Shown: piece by piece, positions 50,997 through 59,952 of the stretch
Position numbering within the stretch: the first letter of the stretch is position 1
Layout: each line of letters begins with the position of its first letter
Assembly: GCA_947502635.1 (NCBI GenBank)
Contig: CANNAN010000001.1
Coordinates: forward strand, 729,246 to 793,245
Length of the DNA: 64,000 bases
Source: an uncultured Flavobacteriaceae bacterium
Lineage (GTDB): Bacteria > Bacteroidota > Bacteroidia > Flavobacteriales > Flavobacteriaceae
Direction of reading: 5' to 3'
The notes under the pieces: model-generated
Databases searched by the model: none
Seen by the model: the letters and a program-made list of their open reading frames with translations, nothing else
What the model was told of the DNA's origin: nothing
Translations under genes and position numbers: made by a program

Positions 50997-52817
50997 ATGA
51001 ATAAAACGATTAACTTATTTGTTAAAACGTGCTTGATAACCCTTTTTTTTACCCAATTAAATGCACAAAAAATAAAAGGAGAACTTAAAAAGTGGCATAA
51101 AGTTACTCTAGAATTCAAGGGACCGGAAACTTCTGAAAAAGCTGAAGACAACCCATTTTTAAATTATAAATTGGACGTAACCTTTAAGCATAATGTTTCA
51201 GGAAAAACCTATGTGATACCAGGGTTTTATGCTGCAGATGGAGTTGCAGCCAACACTAGTGCCACAGCTGGGAATGTTTGGAAAGTTCATTTTTCGCCAG
51301 ATGAAGAAGGAGCTTGGACCTATAGTGTCAGGTTTGTAAAAGGTAAATGGGCAGCGATAAGGACTTCGAACAAATTGAAGTCTGCTGGATTTATGGATAA
51401 AGATAAGGGCGGTTTTTCTATTGCTTCTTCAGACAAAACTGGACGGGATATGAGGGCCAAAGGCCGTTTGCAATATGTTGGAGAACGTTATTTAAAGTTT
51501 GCCGAGACTGGAGAATATTTTTTGAAATGCGGTTCTGATGCTCCTGAAAATTTATTATCCTATGTAGATTTCGATGGTACATTTAAAAAAGATGGTATAA
51601 AAGACGATTTGGTTAAAACCTGGGAGCCCCATAAAAAGGATTGGAAGCCAGGCGATCCTGTCTGGAAGGATACCAAAGGCAAAAGTATTATAGGAGCTGT
51701 TAATTATTTAGCTTCAAAAGGTATGAATGCCTTTTCCTTTATTACTATGAATATTGAAGGAGACGACAAAAACGTATTTCCATATGTAGACTATCATACT
51801 ATAGATCGTTTCGATGTGTCTAAATTGGATCAATGGGAGATCGTTTTTGAGCATGGTGAAAGATTGGGAATGTTTTTACATTTTAAAACTTTAGAGGCAG
51901 AAAATCAGGGGCTTTTAGATAATGGAGGTGTTGGACTTTATACCAAATTGTACTACAGGGAATTAATTGCCCGTTTTGGGCATCATTTGGCCTTAAATTG
52001 GAATTTATGTGAAGAAACTGGCGATTGGCAAAACCCTCCCAGAACATTTCCTGTTGATGCTCAGGGGCGTTTAACATTGGCTAATTATGTTAATTCTATT
52101 GATTCGTATAAGCATCACATAGTAATACACAACGGTAATTGGTTTACAGAAATCTATGGAAAAGACAGCAAATTTAGTGGAGCGTCGCTTCAAACGAATA
52201 GGGAGGACTTTGGTAATGTACATAAAAGAGTATTACAGGTTTTAAAAGAGGCAAAGGCTGAAGGGAAAATATGGGCCGTAGCGTGTGATGAGCCTGGAGA
52301 TGCGCAACATTCTCTGGTACCAGACGCTGATGATCCAGAACATAATAATGCTAGGAAAAATGGTTTATGGGGAGCCATGTTAGCTGGAGCCTGGGGAACA
52401 GAATGGTATTTTGGTTACAAACATGCACATTCCGATTTAACCTGTCAGGATTTCCGATCTCGAGATCTGTTCTGGACTCAGGGGAAAATTTGTTTAGATT
52501 TTTTTAATGATAACAAGGTTCCTGTTTGGGAAATGACATCTAGAGATAATTTAATATCTAACAAGGGAGACTATGTTTTAGCTAAACCTGGTAAAGTGTA
52601 TGTGGTTTTCTTAAAAAATGGCGGAGAGTCTCAGCTTAATCTGGAAAATAATAATACCACCTATGAAGTATTTTGGTATAACCCACGAAAAGGAGGGAAG
52701 CTATTAAAAGGGAAAGTAACATCAATTTCAGGAGAGGGATTCCAGTCGTTAGGATTACCACCAAAGGATAAAGACAAAGACTGGGTTGTTCTTATCAAAT
52801 CAATAGCTAAATCATGA
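50997..52817 (+). CDS. Secreted DUF5060-domain, glycoside-hydrolase-like protein with C-terminal putative collagen-binding domain
   Basis: Signal peptide from ATG 50997, WHKVTL.F.GP, GFYAADG, WKVHFSPDEEGAW, WNLCEE, WYNPRKG. Confidence 0.75.
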   Translation: MNKTINLFVKTCLITLFFTQLNAQKIKGELKKWHKVTLEFKGPETSEKAEDNPFLNYKLDVTFKHNVSGKTYVIPGFYAADGVAANTSATAGNVWKVHFSPDEEGAWTYSVRFVKGKWAAIRTSNKLKSAGFMDKDKGGFSIASSDKTGRDMRAKGRLQYVGERYLKFAETGEYFLKCGSDAPENLLSYVDFDGTFKKDGIKDDLVKTWEPHKKDWKPGDPVWKDTKGKSIIGAVNYLASKGMNAFSFITMNIEGDDKNVFPYVDYHTIDRFDVSKLDQWEIVFEHGERLGMFLHFKTLEAENQGLLDNGGVGLYTKLYYRELIARFGHHLALNWNLCEETGDWQNPPRTFPVDAQGRLTLANYVNSIDSYKHHIVIHNGNWFTEIYGKDSKFSGASLQTNREDFGNVHKRVLQVLKEAKAEGKIWAVACDEPGDAQHSLVPDADDPEHNNARKNGLWGAMLAGAWGTEWYFGYKHAHSDLTCQDFRSRDLFWTQGKICLDFFNDNKVPVWEMTSRDNLISNKGDYVLAKPGKVYVVFLKNGGESQLNLENNNTTYEVFWYNPRKGGKLLKGKVTSISGEGFQSLGLPPKDKDKDWVVLIKSIAKS

Positions 52818-52885
52818 TTGGTTTTTAGAGATAATAACCCCTTGCTTTTGTTCAAAAAAAATGAATTACAAATTTGGAATAAAAA

Positions 52886-52918
52886 TTTGGTGATGTTTTA
52901 ATAAAAATACTATATTTG
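52886..52918 (+). promoter_or_regulatory. Bacteroidetes promoter for tRNA-Arg
   Basis: TTTG(52886)-21nt-TATATTTG(52911). Confidence 0.7.
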
Positions 52919-52931
52919 CACCCACAAAAAA

Positions 52932-53005
52932 GGCCTCGTGGCGCAACTGAATAGCGCACTTGATTACGGCTCAAGAGGTTACTGGTTTGAATCCAGTCGA
53001 GGTCA
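52932..53005 (+). tRNA. tRNA-Arg(ACG)
   Basis: Acceptor GGCCTCG/CGAGGTC, anticodon arm CTTGA-TTACGGC-TCAAG, T arm ACTGG-TTTGAAT-CCAGT. Confidence 0.95.
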
Positions 53006-53029
53006 CTAAAAGCTGTTACAAACAGTATA

Positions 53030-53063
53030 AAAACCACATAATTCATATGAATTACGTGGTTTT
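53030..53063 (+). terminator. Hairpin/terminator after tRNA-Arg
   Basis: AAAACCACATAATTCAT/ATGAATTACGTGGTTTT. Confidence 0.65.
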
Positions 53064-53180
53064 CTGTTTTAGAGCAACATCTAAGTTTGATTTCTCTTTA
53101 TGATTAAATAAAACGGTCTAAATTATACCAGATTTTATCTTAAATTAGCTATATTCTGTTGTTAGTGAAAGAAAAATGAG

Positions 53181-53906
53181 TTACTTTTTCTGAATTGCTT
53201 GCACAACTTCTTTTGTTGTAAATACGTGACTGGCAATCATTCTGAAATTTATCAGAGCAGCCTCATAAGCATCCATATCAGGAAGAATTGCCCCAGCGGT
53301 TGCATCTTTTACAACAGCAACTTCAAATCCATTTTCAATCAGATCTCTCATATGAGATTCTGTACAAAGGTTAGCAGACATTCCTGCCAATATAATTTTG
53401 CTAAATCCATGTTTTCGTAATTGTAAAGCTAGATCATTTGATTCTGGACCATACACTTTATGTGGACTTGTAACAATAACATTCTCACCATTAATGTAAT
53501 TCTTATAGTCATCCAGCCAATCTGCTCCTGAACCTTCAAATCCTTTTAAAGATAAAGCATCTGTTCTGTCAAACATTTTAATGTTATGCATTAAAACCTC
53601 CAAAGCTCCTTCAAATTTCCAAGAATGATCGTGCTTATAGTAATAGTGTGGTGAAACAAAAACGGTAATATTTTTTTTCTTTGCAATTTTAAACAAAGAT
53701 TCTATGTTTGGGACTGTATTGTTTTTGGTAACGCTAGCGCCCACTACTCCCCATGTTACTCCTTTTGGACTTAAAAAGTCATTTTGCGGATCGGTAATTA
53801 CAATTGCTGTATTTTCATCTACAGTAAACCCTGGATCTGGTAATTGCGCAATCAATCCATTTACACTAAAAATTGTTGCTACTAATAATAGAATTAAATG
53901 TCTCAT
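53181..53906 (-). CDS. Isochorismatase-family cysteine hydrolase with signal peptide
   Basis: ITDPQNDF (Asp), PHKVYG (Lys), ANLCTES (Cys). Hydrophobic N-terminus ending LIA-Q. Confidence 0.88.
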   Translation of the reverse strand: MRHLILLLVATIFSVNGLIAQLPDPGFTVDENTAIVITDPQNDFLSPKGVTWGVVGASVTKNNTVPNIESLFKIAKKKNITVFVSPHYYYKHDHSWKFEGALEVLMHNIKMFDRTDALSLKGFEGSGADWLDDYKNYINGENVIVTSPHKVYGPESNDLALQLRKHGFSKIILAGMSANLCTESHMRDLIENGFEVAVVKDATAGAILPDMDAYEAALINFRMIASHVFTTKEVVQAIQKK

Positions 53907-54094
53907 CTTTTTAAATTTAGAATGTTAATATTATTTTTATTAAACTTATGGTACTTGATGGATGCTATAAATATTTTATTCTGACTCAACATAGTTCCAT
54001 ACATTTCAATTAATTTTTGTTAAATATTATCTTTTAATCAAATTCAAAATAGTCGCTTTCAGTTCTTAAGAAGAGCTCTAAGTATGTGTTTTAA

Positions 54095-54130
54095 ATTAGG
54101 GCCTATGAATACATTTCCATTGGCCCTAAT
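54095..54130 (-). terminator. Hairpin downstream of yceI-like gene
   Basis: ATTAGGGCC ... GGCCCTAAT 9-bp inverted repeat. Confidence 0.5.
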
Positions 54131-54156
54131 AACCACCATTAATCAAACATAAAAAA

Positions 54157-54681
54157 TCACTCTTTTACAAACAGAAGGTCTATAATTAACTTAATATTAT
54201 CACTTACTACTACGTTGTTTTCTTCGGTAACCTTATTCCAGTTAAGGTTAAAGTCTCTTCTGCTAAGATTACCTGTTATTTTAAAACCTGCTTTTATTTG
54301 GCTATAAAGATCCACTGCTATACCATTGAAATTTACATCTAAAGAAATTTCTTTAGTTATATTTTTTATGGTTAAATCTCCAATCATTTTATTCCCATTA
54401 AAAGATTTTGATTTAAAAATCATTTCTGGATACTCTTTTGCGTTAAAAAAATCATCTGATTTTAAATGTGTATCTCTATTCTTATTTTTTGTGTTTATGG
54501 ATTCAATTTGAGCCATAAAATTAAAGTCTGCATTAATAAAACTATCGTTTTCTGTTTTAACAAAAGCGTTCATATTATCGAAACGACCAGTTACTGTAGA
54601 AATCTTCATATACTTAGCTTTAAAACCAATTTCAGAATGTGTTGAATCTATGTACCATACTGTTTTTATTACAGTTTCCAT
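54157..54681 (-). CDS. YceI family protein
   Basis: WYIDSTHSEIGF, RDTHLKSDDFFN, GDLTIK, LSRRDFNL. Confidence 0.92.
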   Translation of the reverse strand: METVIKTVWYIDSTHSEIGFKAKYMKISTVTGRFDNMNAFVKTENDSFINADFNFMAQIESINTKNKNRDTHLKSDDFFNAKEYPEMIFKSKSFNGNKMIGDLTIKNITKEISLDVNFNGIAVDLYSQIKAGFKITGNLSRRDFNLNWNKVTEENNVVVSDNIKLIIDLLFVKE

Positions 54682-54747
54682 TTTCGTTAATTATTTTATT
54701 TATTTTGATACTTTTTCATTTTTATTATTTGATCAATAACACTGTTT

Positions 54748-55137
54748 TTAAAATTTCATTAAAACACAATGGTACTCTCTACATGCTTTTATTTTGTCTT
54801 CTATGATATCAAAAGATATCGCCATACTATTTTGAAAACATTCACTATATGGATGAAAATTGTAAACAAATTCAAAAACTACATGATTCTCACCATAAGA
54901 AGTTTTATTGGGTTTATTTTTATAAGCTTTAAGTCGTTTGTCATTAAAGCTAGAGTCGATTAACTGTTCATTAGAGAACAATAAATCGGATGTTTTGTAT
55001 GTAAATCCAACCTCTGGTAACCAAAATGTATAATCTTCTGTAAGTATTTCTAAATAAGGTCCCCAGTCTTTGGTCTCTATAGCATGAATCCAATATTCTA
55101 AAGCTTTTCTGGCTGTATGCTCCATTATATTCATCAT
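54748..55137 (-). CDS. NTF2/SnoaL-like protein
   Basis: ILTEDYTFW, ENHVVFE, SFDIIEDKIKACREY. True start is likely ATG 55137, 55134 or 55125. Confidence 0.7.
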   Translation of the reverse strand: MMNIMEHTARKALEYWIHAIETKDWGPYLEILTEDYTFWLPEVGFTYKTSDLLFSNEQLIDSSFNDKRLKAYKNKPNKTSYGENHVVFEFVYNFHPYSECFQNSMAISFDIIEDKIKACREYHCVLMKF

Positions 55138-55433
55138 AATATTTTTAAATTTAGAATTGCGAGAACTCTTTACAAATACTAAATACATTTAGTCATGTTT
55201 TTTAAGCCAAGAGTTATACCAGAAACCATCAGAAACAATTAGGTTATCATAAAATAATATTTAATTAATTGATTTTTAGTATGTTGTGTTGTTTTTTTTG
55301 TGTGTTTTTGAAACCAAATAGAAGAAAACATACTGTTTAAAAAACACGATATATCCTATCTGAAAATGTATTTCTATGATATTTCGTATATTTAAGAAAG
55401 CCCTTATCGAATTCTAACCAAAATTTTAAAATT

Positions 55434-58400
55434 ATGAGTGGAATCAAAAAGGGGAAAAATAAAATAAGAGTTTTTAATAAAAATCAATTAAACGCAATTA
55501 TTTTAAAACTGAATACATTAATTGCCTCTATACGGGACAGAGAAAAATTATTAGAGTTCATTTTCATTATACTTAAACATGAATTAGGGTTTGATAATGC
55601 TACAATACATCTTTGGGAAGATCAAGAAAAAAAACTTTCAGTATTCAGTCAAACAAAACCAAGCAAAAATTTAAAGGAGTCTTTCTCTATAAAGGGTACA
55701 CCCTATGAAAAATGCCATAATAATAGAAGAATAGAATTTCTAGATTTTTCAGCAAAAAACAATTTCTTTTTAAATACACCTGCTTCTAAGAGATTAAGCA
55801 AATTAAAATACGTAGAGGGTTTAATTATACCTCTCTTTTTCGAAGACAATAAAATTGGTATAATAGAATTGTTAAGTAGCAAAAAAGGACATTTAAAAAC
55901 CTTGGAATTAAAATTGTTAGAAGCTATTGGAGTACAAATGGCTATTACCATTTCCAATATTCTACTTCAAGAAGAAAATTTAGAAAAGAAAAAGGAAAAA
56001 GAAACTCTTTTGAAGGTTAGTCAAGCAATGACAACAATACAGAGAAGGGAAGACCTTTTTAGTTTTATAATGAATCAAATTCGCCCTGTTATAAATTTCC
56101 AAGATGCCGTTGCTGTAGAGGTTAATTCTTCTAAAACACATCACAAAACATTTTTAACCATATCTCCAAAATCTACACAAGAAAATCCAAGGTATCATAA
56201 AGTAGTAGGTCAATGGTTACCAATAGAAGGAGGTATTGTTTCATGGACGCTAAGCCAATCAAAAGATATATTCTTTTCAAGCACCGAGAAATTATTAAAA
56301 TTATTTCCAGAGAGTATAATTGCTAACTTAATGAAAGAAGAAGCATTAAATCATTCTTTAATATTAAAACTTTATTCAAGCAGAATTTTAAAAGGATTTA
56401 TAGTATTCCACTTTACCGAAAGACCTGAGTTTAGTATTGAAAAAATGAATGTTTTTAAGGGGCTTGCAAATCAAATATCAATGGCGTTACTTAATATTTT
56501 AACAAATGAAAATGCCTTGAGAAAAGAGAATGAAAAAGAAATCCTATTAAGTATTAGTAAAGCTATGGTCACCATTCGAGATAGAGATGAGCTTTTTAGT
56601 TTTATAATGAATCAAATTCGCCCAATTATTAACTTTCAAGATGCTGCAGTTGTAGAAATAAATAATCAAAAAACGCATCATCATCTATTTCTGACTATGT
56701 CACCAGAATCTACAAAAGAACATCCTATTTATAAAAAAGTGATTAGAAATTGGATACCTATAGAAGGTGATTTGATAGAATGGATGTTGGAACAAGAAGA
56801 TGATTTATTTGTAAGTCATATTGATGACTTACAAAATCTGTATCCTGAAAGCAGTATAGTAAAAACTATGAAAGAGATTTCTTTAAATCATTACTTAATA
56901 TTAAAACTCTATTCCAGTGGCGTTTTAAAAGGTTTAATCATATTTAGTTTTATTGATGAGCCTAAGATTGATTTACAAAGAACAAATTTCTTTAAAAATA
57001 TTGCCAATCAAGTATCAATGGCACTGGTTAACATTATAGCAAATGAAGATATTCTAAGAAGGCAGAAAGAAAAAGAAATCCTTTTAAATATCAGCGAACA
57101 TTTATCACAAGTACGGCAATGGAATGATTTATTTGATTCCGTTTTTATAAAGCTACAGTCTATATTTATGTTTGAAGAAGCTATAATTATATTACCAATT
57201 TCCAAGAGTATTAAAAAATATAAAATATTATCTAGAACTACCATAAATAAGAATAAAAACAAACCTTCAATAGAAATTTATAGTAATGAATTTACAAAAC
57301 CTTCTCATTTTAACATTCTTTATACCCTAAAAAAGCCTAAGCTCTTTTCCATTGAAGAATATGAGAAATTATCTCCAGAATTTATTGGTATTGATCTCAT
57401 GAAAAAAACTGGAGCAAATGCTACCTGGGTTCAACCATTACGAAATGCTAATAATGTTATAGGGATACTAGAGTTTTATTATAAATCTAATTTAGAAGCG
57501 AGTAACATAAATGTTTCGTTGTTTGAAAATGTGGTTAATCAACTCTCCGTAACAGTTTCTAATATTCTGGCTAACGATGATATATCTGAGCGCGAAAAAA
57601 TAAAAGTTTTGAGGGGGAAACTGGCATTGTCACTTACTTCTCAATCAAATTGGCCTTCTAGGTTTTTAGAGATTACTAATGCCTTAAAAAAAGTAGTCCC
57701 TTTTGAGTTAGTTACTTTTGTCCTTGATGCTGAAGGTGATTTTGATAAAGGTTATGCTTTTGAAAAAATAGGCTATGATGAATATAGACTGATAAGTGCT
57801 GACCAATTTTATAAACTTTCAGGAAAGACACTTCAAGAATTTAAAAATGAAAGATCTAAAACACCATATATAAAACCTGAAATATTTAATGACCAAGATT
57901 TTATTATTAAGACTAAGGTTGATTCTTTAAAGAAAGCTATCAGTAATATATTTCATGTAAAGTCCAATCTTAATATACCTCTTAAGTTAAACTTAAATGG
58001 TTTTTTTCAACTATCATTTTACAGTAAAAAGAAGGTTGCATACAATAATATGCATTTAAATCAAATGAATCTGTTAATTGAATCTATTGTTCACCCATTG
58101 GAAAAGGTTTTAGCATATGAACAAATTGAGCAATTAAACAGCCTCTTAAAACAAGAAAAAGATTATTTACAAGAAGAAATAAAATACAATTATAATTTTG
58201 AAGAAATTGTAGGTAATAGTGAAGGAATTAAGAAAGTCTTTTTAAAGGTAAGTCAAGTTGCTTATACAAATAGTACAGTATTAATCACAGGTGAAACAGG
58301 AACAGGAAAAGAACTTATAGCCAGAGCTATACACAATCTTTCTTCTCGTAAAAAGAAACCTCTGATAAAAATAAATTGTGCAGCATTACCTTCTCAATTA

Positions 58401-59156
58401 ATTGAATCTGAATTGTTTGGTCATGAAAAAGGTGCGTTTACAGGTGCTAATATACAACGTATTGGGAAATTTGAATTAGCGGATAATGGAAGTATCTTTT
58501 TGGATGAAATTGGTGAATTACCTATTGAAGTACAAGCAAAATTATTACGCGTTATTCAAGAAAAAGAATTTGAGCGTTTGGGAGGAAACAAAATTATTAA
58601 AACTGACGTACGCATAATTTCTGCAACAAACAGAAATCTAGAGGACGAAATTTCTAAAGGAAACTTTAGGTCAGACCTTTTTTTTAGATTAAATGTGTTT
58701 CCTATAGAGATACCTCCTCTACGAGAAAGACCAGAAGATATTGCTGCGTTGGCTATTTATTTTTTAAATAAAAGCTCTAAAAAAATTGGTAAAAAAATAA
58801 CGAGTATTTCAAGTAATTCATTAAAAAAATTGATGGGCTATGATTGGCCAGGAAATATTAGAGAATTAGAGCATGTTATAGAAAGATCAATACTCCTTAA
58901 CAAAGGATCTACCTTATCTATAAATCTAGAAAAGCGAAACATTGACAGAGATAATGAGAAGAAAACGGAAGGTCTTTTTCAAGTAAAAACATTTGAAAAA
59001 GCAGAGCGTGAATTAATACTTAAGACATTAAAGTTTTGTGGCGGAAAAGTTCGTGGTTCAGGAGGGGCAGCTGAATTGTTAGATATGAATCCTTCTACTT
59101 TAGATTCAAGAATAAAGAAACTGGAAATATCTAAAGTTCATATTTTTGAAAATTAA
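55434..59156 (+). CDS. Sigma-54-dependent activator (FhlA-like) with about five GAF domains, AAA+ and Fis HTH
   Basis: GETGTGKE, ESELFGHEKGAFTGA, FLDEIGE, FRSDLFFRL, WPGNIREL, GAAELLDMNPSTLDSRIKKL. Confidence 0.93.
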   Translation: MSGIKKGKNKIRVFNKNQLNAIILKLNTLIASIRDREKLLEFIFIILKHELGFDNATIHLWEDQEKKLSVFSQTKPSKNLKESFSIKGTPYEKCHNNRRIEFLDFSAKNNFFLNTPASKRLSKLKYVEGLIIPLFFEDNKIGIIELLSSKKGHLKTLELKLLEAIGVQMAITISNILLQEENLEKKKEKETLLKVSQAMTTIQRREDLFSFIMNQIRPVINFQDAVAVEVNSSKTHHKTFLTISPKSTQENPRYHKVVGQWLPIEGGIVSWTLSQSKDIFFSSTEKLLKLFPESIIANLMKEEALNHSLILKLYSSRILKGFIVFHFTERPEFSIEKMNVFKGLANQISMALLNILTNENALRKENEKEILLSISKAMVTIRDRDELFSFIMNQIRPIINFQDAAVVEINNQKTHHHLFLTMSPESTKEHPIYKKVIRNWIPIEGDLIEWMLEQEDDLFVSHIDDLQNLYPESSIVKTMKEISLNHYLILKLYSSGVLKGLIIFSFIDEPKIDLQRTNFFKNIANQVSMALVNIIANEDILRRQKEKEILLNISEHLSQVRQWNDLFDSVFIKLQSIFMFEEAIIILPISKSIKKYKILSRTTINKNKNKPSIEIYSNEFTKPSHFNILYTLKKPKLFSIEEYEKLSPEFIGIDLMKKTGANATWVQPLRNANNVIGILEFYYKSNLEASNINVSLFENVVNQLSVTVSNILANDDISEREKIKVLRGKLALSLTSQSNWPSRFLEITNALKKVVPFELVTFVLDAEGDFDKGYAFEKIGYDEYRLISADQFYKLSGKTLQEFKNERSKTPYIKPEIFNDQDFIIKTKVDSLKKAISNIFHVKSNLNIPLKLNLNGFFQLSFYSKKKVAYNNMHLNQMNLLIESIVHPLEKVLAYEQIEQLNSLLKQEKDYLQEEIKYNYNFEEIVGNSEGIKKVFLKVSQVAYTNSTVLITGETGTGKELIARAIHNLSSRKKKPLIKINCAALPSQLIESELFGHEKGAFTGANIQRIGKFELADNGSIFLDEIGELPIEVQAKLLRVIQEKEFERLGGNKIIKTDVRIISATNRNLEDEISKGNFRSDLFFRLNVFPIEIPPLRERPEDIAALAIYFLNKSSKKIGKKITSISSNSLKKLMGYDWPGNIRELEHVIERSILLNKGSTLSINLEKRNIDRDNEKKTEGLFQVKTFEKAERELILKTLKFCGGKVRGSGGAAELLDMNPSTLDSRIKKLEISKVHIFEN

Positions 59157-59454
59157 TTTTTAAGTGTTTTTTTATAATATATAAAGTTCCAATTGAATAT
59201 TCAGTCCAATTCGTTGTATATTCCACTTGTTTACACTCAGAACTAATTCCAACTGTAATACTTTTAATTCCTTTATCATTTAGTTCTTTAGATAATGCTT
59301 TGCCTATGTCTTTTGGATATGTGAATTTACCTTGATTTGAAATCACAAATGTGGCTTTTAAAATCCGCTGAGTTAAATTATACCATTCGGCTTGCTTATC
59401 TGTAAATTGTTCTATTTTTTTAGTGACGATTTCTTTTCTTTTTACTCTATTGTT
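59131..59454 (-). pseudogene. Possible decayed ORF
   Basis: The - frame is open for 108 codons from 59454 to the stop at 59131, with no ATG and stops upstream. Protein-like composition; no family recognised. Confidence 0.3.
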
Positions 59455-59574
59455 TTACAGGACAGAAGACTAAAAGTTAAGAAAAAATCAGAATTATGGT
59501 TCTTAGACGGTTCATTTCTCAAATTAGGTATAAAATATGTAGTTAATAGTAACTACATATTTTATATATGCGTA

Positions 59575-59721
59575 CTAAGATAATACATCTTTTATCTGCA
59601 TAAAGTTATTTGTAGTTACATGAGTATATATTTTTGTAATTTCAGTAGAGTTATGACCTAATAAATACTGAATGTAACGAGTATCTGTACTACTTTCTAA
59701 GAGATTTTCTGCAAAACAGCA
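59575..59721 (-). pseudogene. C-terminal remnant of a tyrosine recombinase (IntI/XerD-like)
   Basis: My translation CCFAENLLESSTDTRYIQYLLGHNSTEITKIYTHVTTNNFMQIKDVLS* matches RHSFATHLLExGxDLRYIQxLLGHxSxxTTxIYTHV. The HxxR box is lost and there is no start codon. Confidence 0.8.
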
Positions 59722-59873
59722 TACTTGATTAAAGAGGTATAAATAATTAGAAAAGGACGAATAATTACTGAAGATATCGTATAATTATTTCCCTGATATT
59801 AAACCATCCAGAAAAATGTTCAAGCATACATAAAGTGTTTCAGAAAAATTTAAATGTTCTCTTAAAAAAAGAA

Positions 59874-59931
59874 GGCTTGATTTCATCTTAATTATATTAA
59901 CCCTAAAATATAATTAAGACTATTTCAAGCC
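59874..59931 (-). terminator. Long intrinsic terminator ending the five-gene operon
   Basis: GGCTTGA..TCTTAATTATATT/AATATAATTAAGA..TCAAGCC, followed on the - strand by TTCTTTTTTT. Confidence 0.7.
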
Positions 59932-59952
59932 ATCACCAACATATATGTAATC

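Noticed and set aside
52986-52992. T-loop TTTGAAT instead of TTCGAAT in tRNA-Arg, suggesting a pseudo-tRNA
   Set aside because: All stems pair, a consensus promoter and terminator are present, and a single T-loop variant does not indicate loss of function.
52981-53005. attL/attR duplication of the tRNA-Arg 3' end
   Set aside because: No second copy was found by eye downstream within the window, so an intact integrative element is not claimed.
59392-59583. 63-aa + strand ORF
   Set aside because: No motif, and it overlaps the palindrome and the decayed - strand remnants. Likely spurious.
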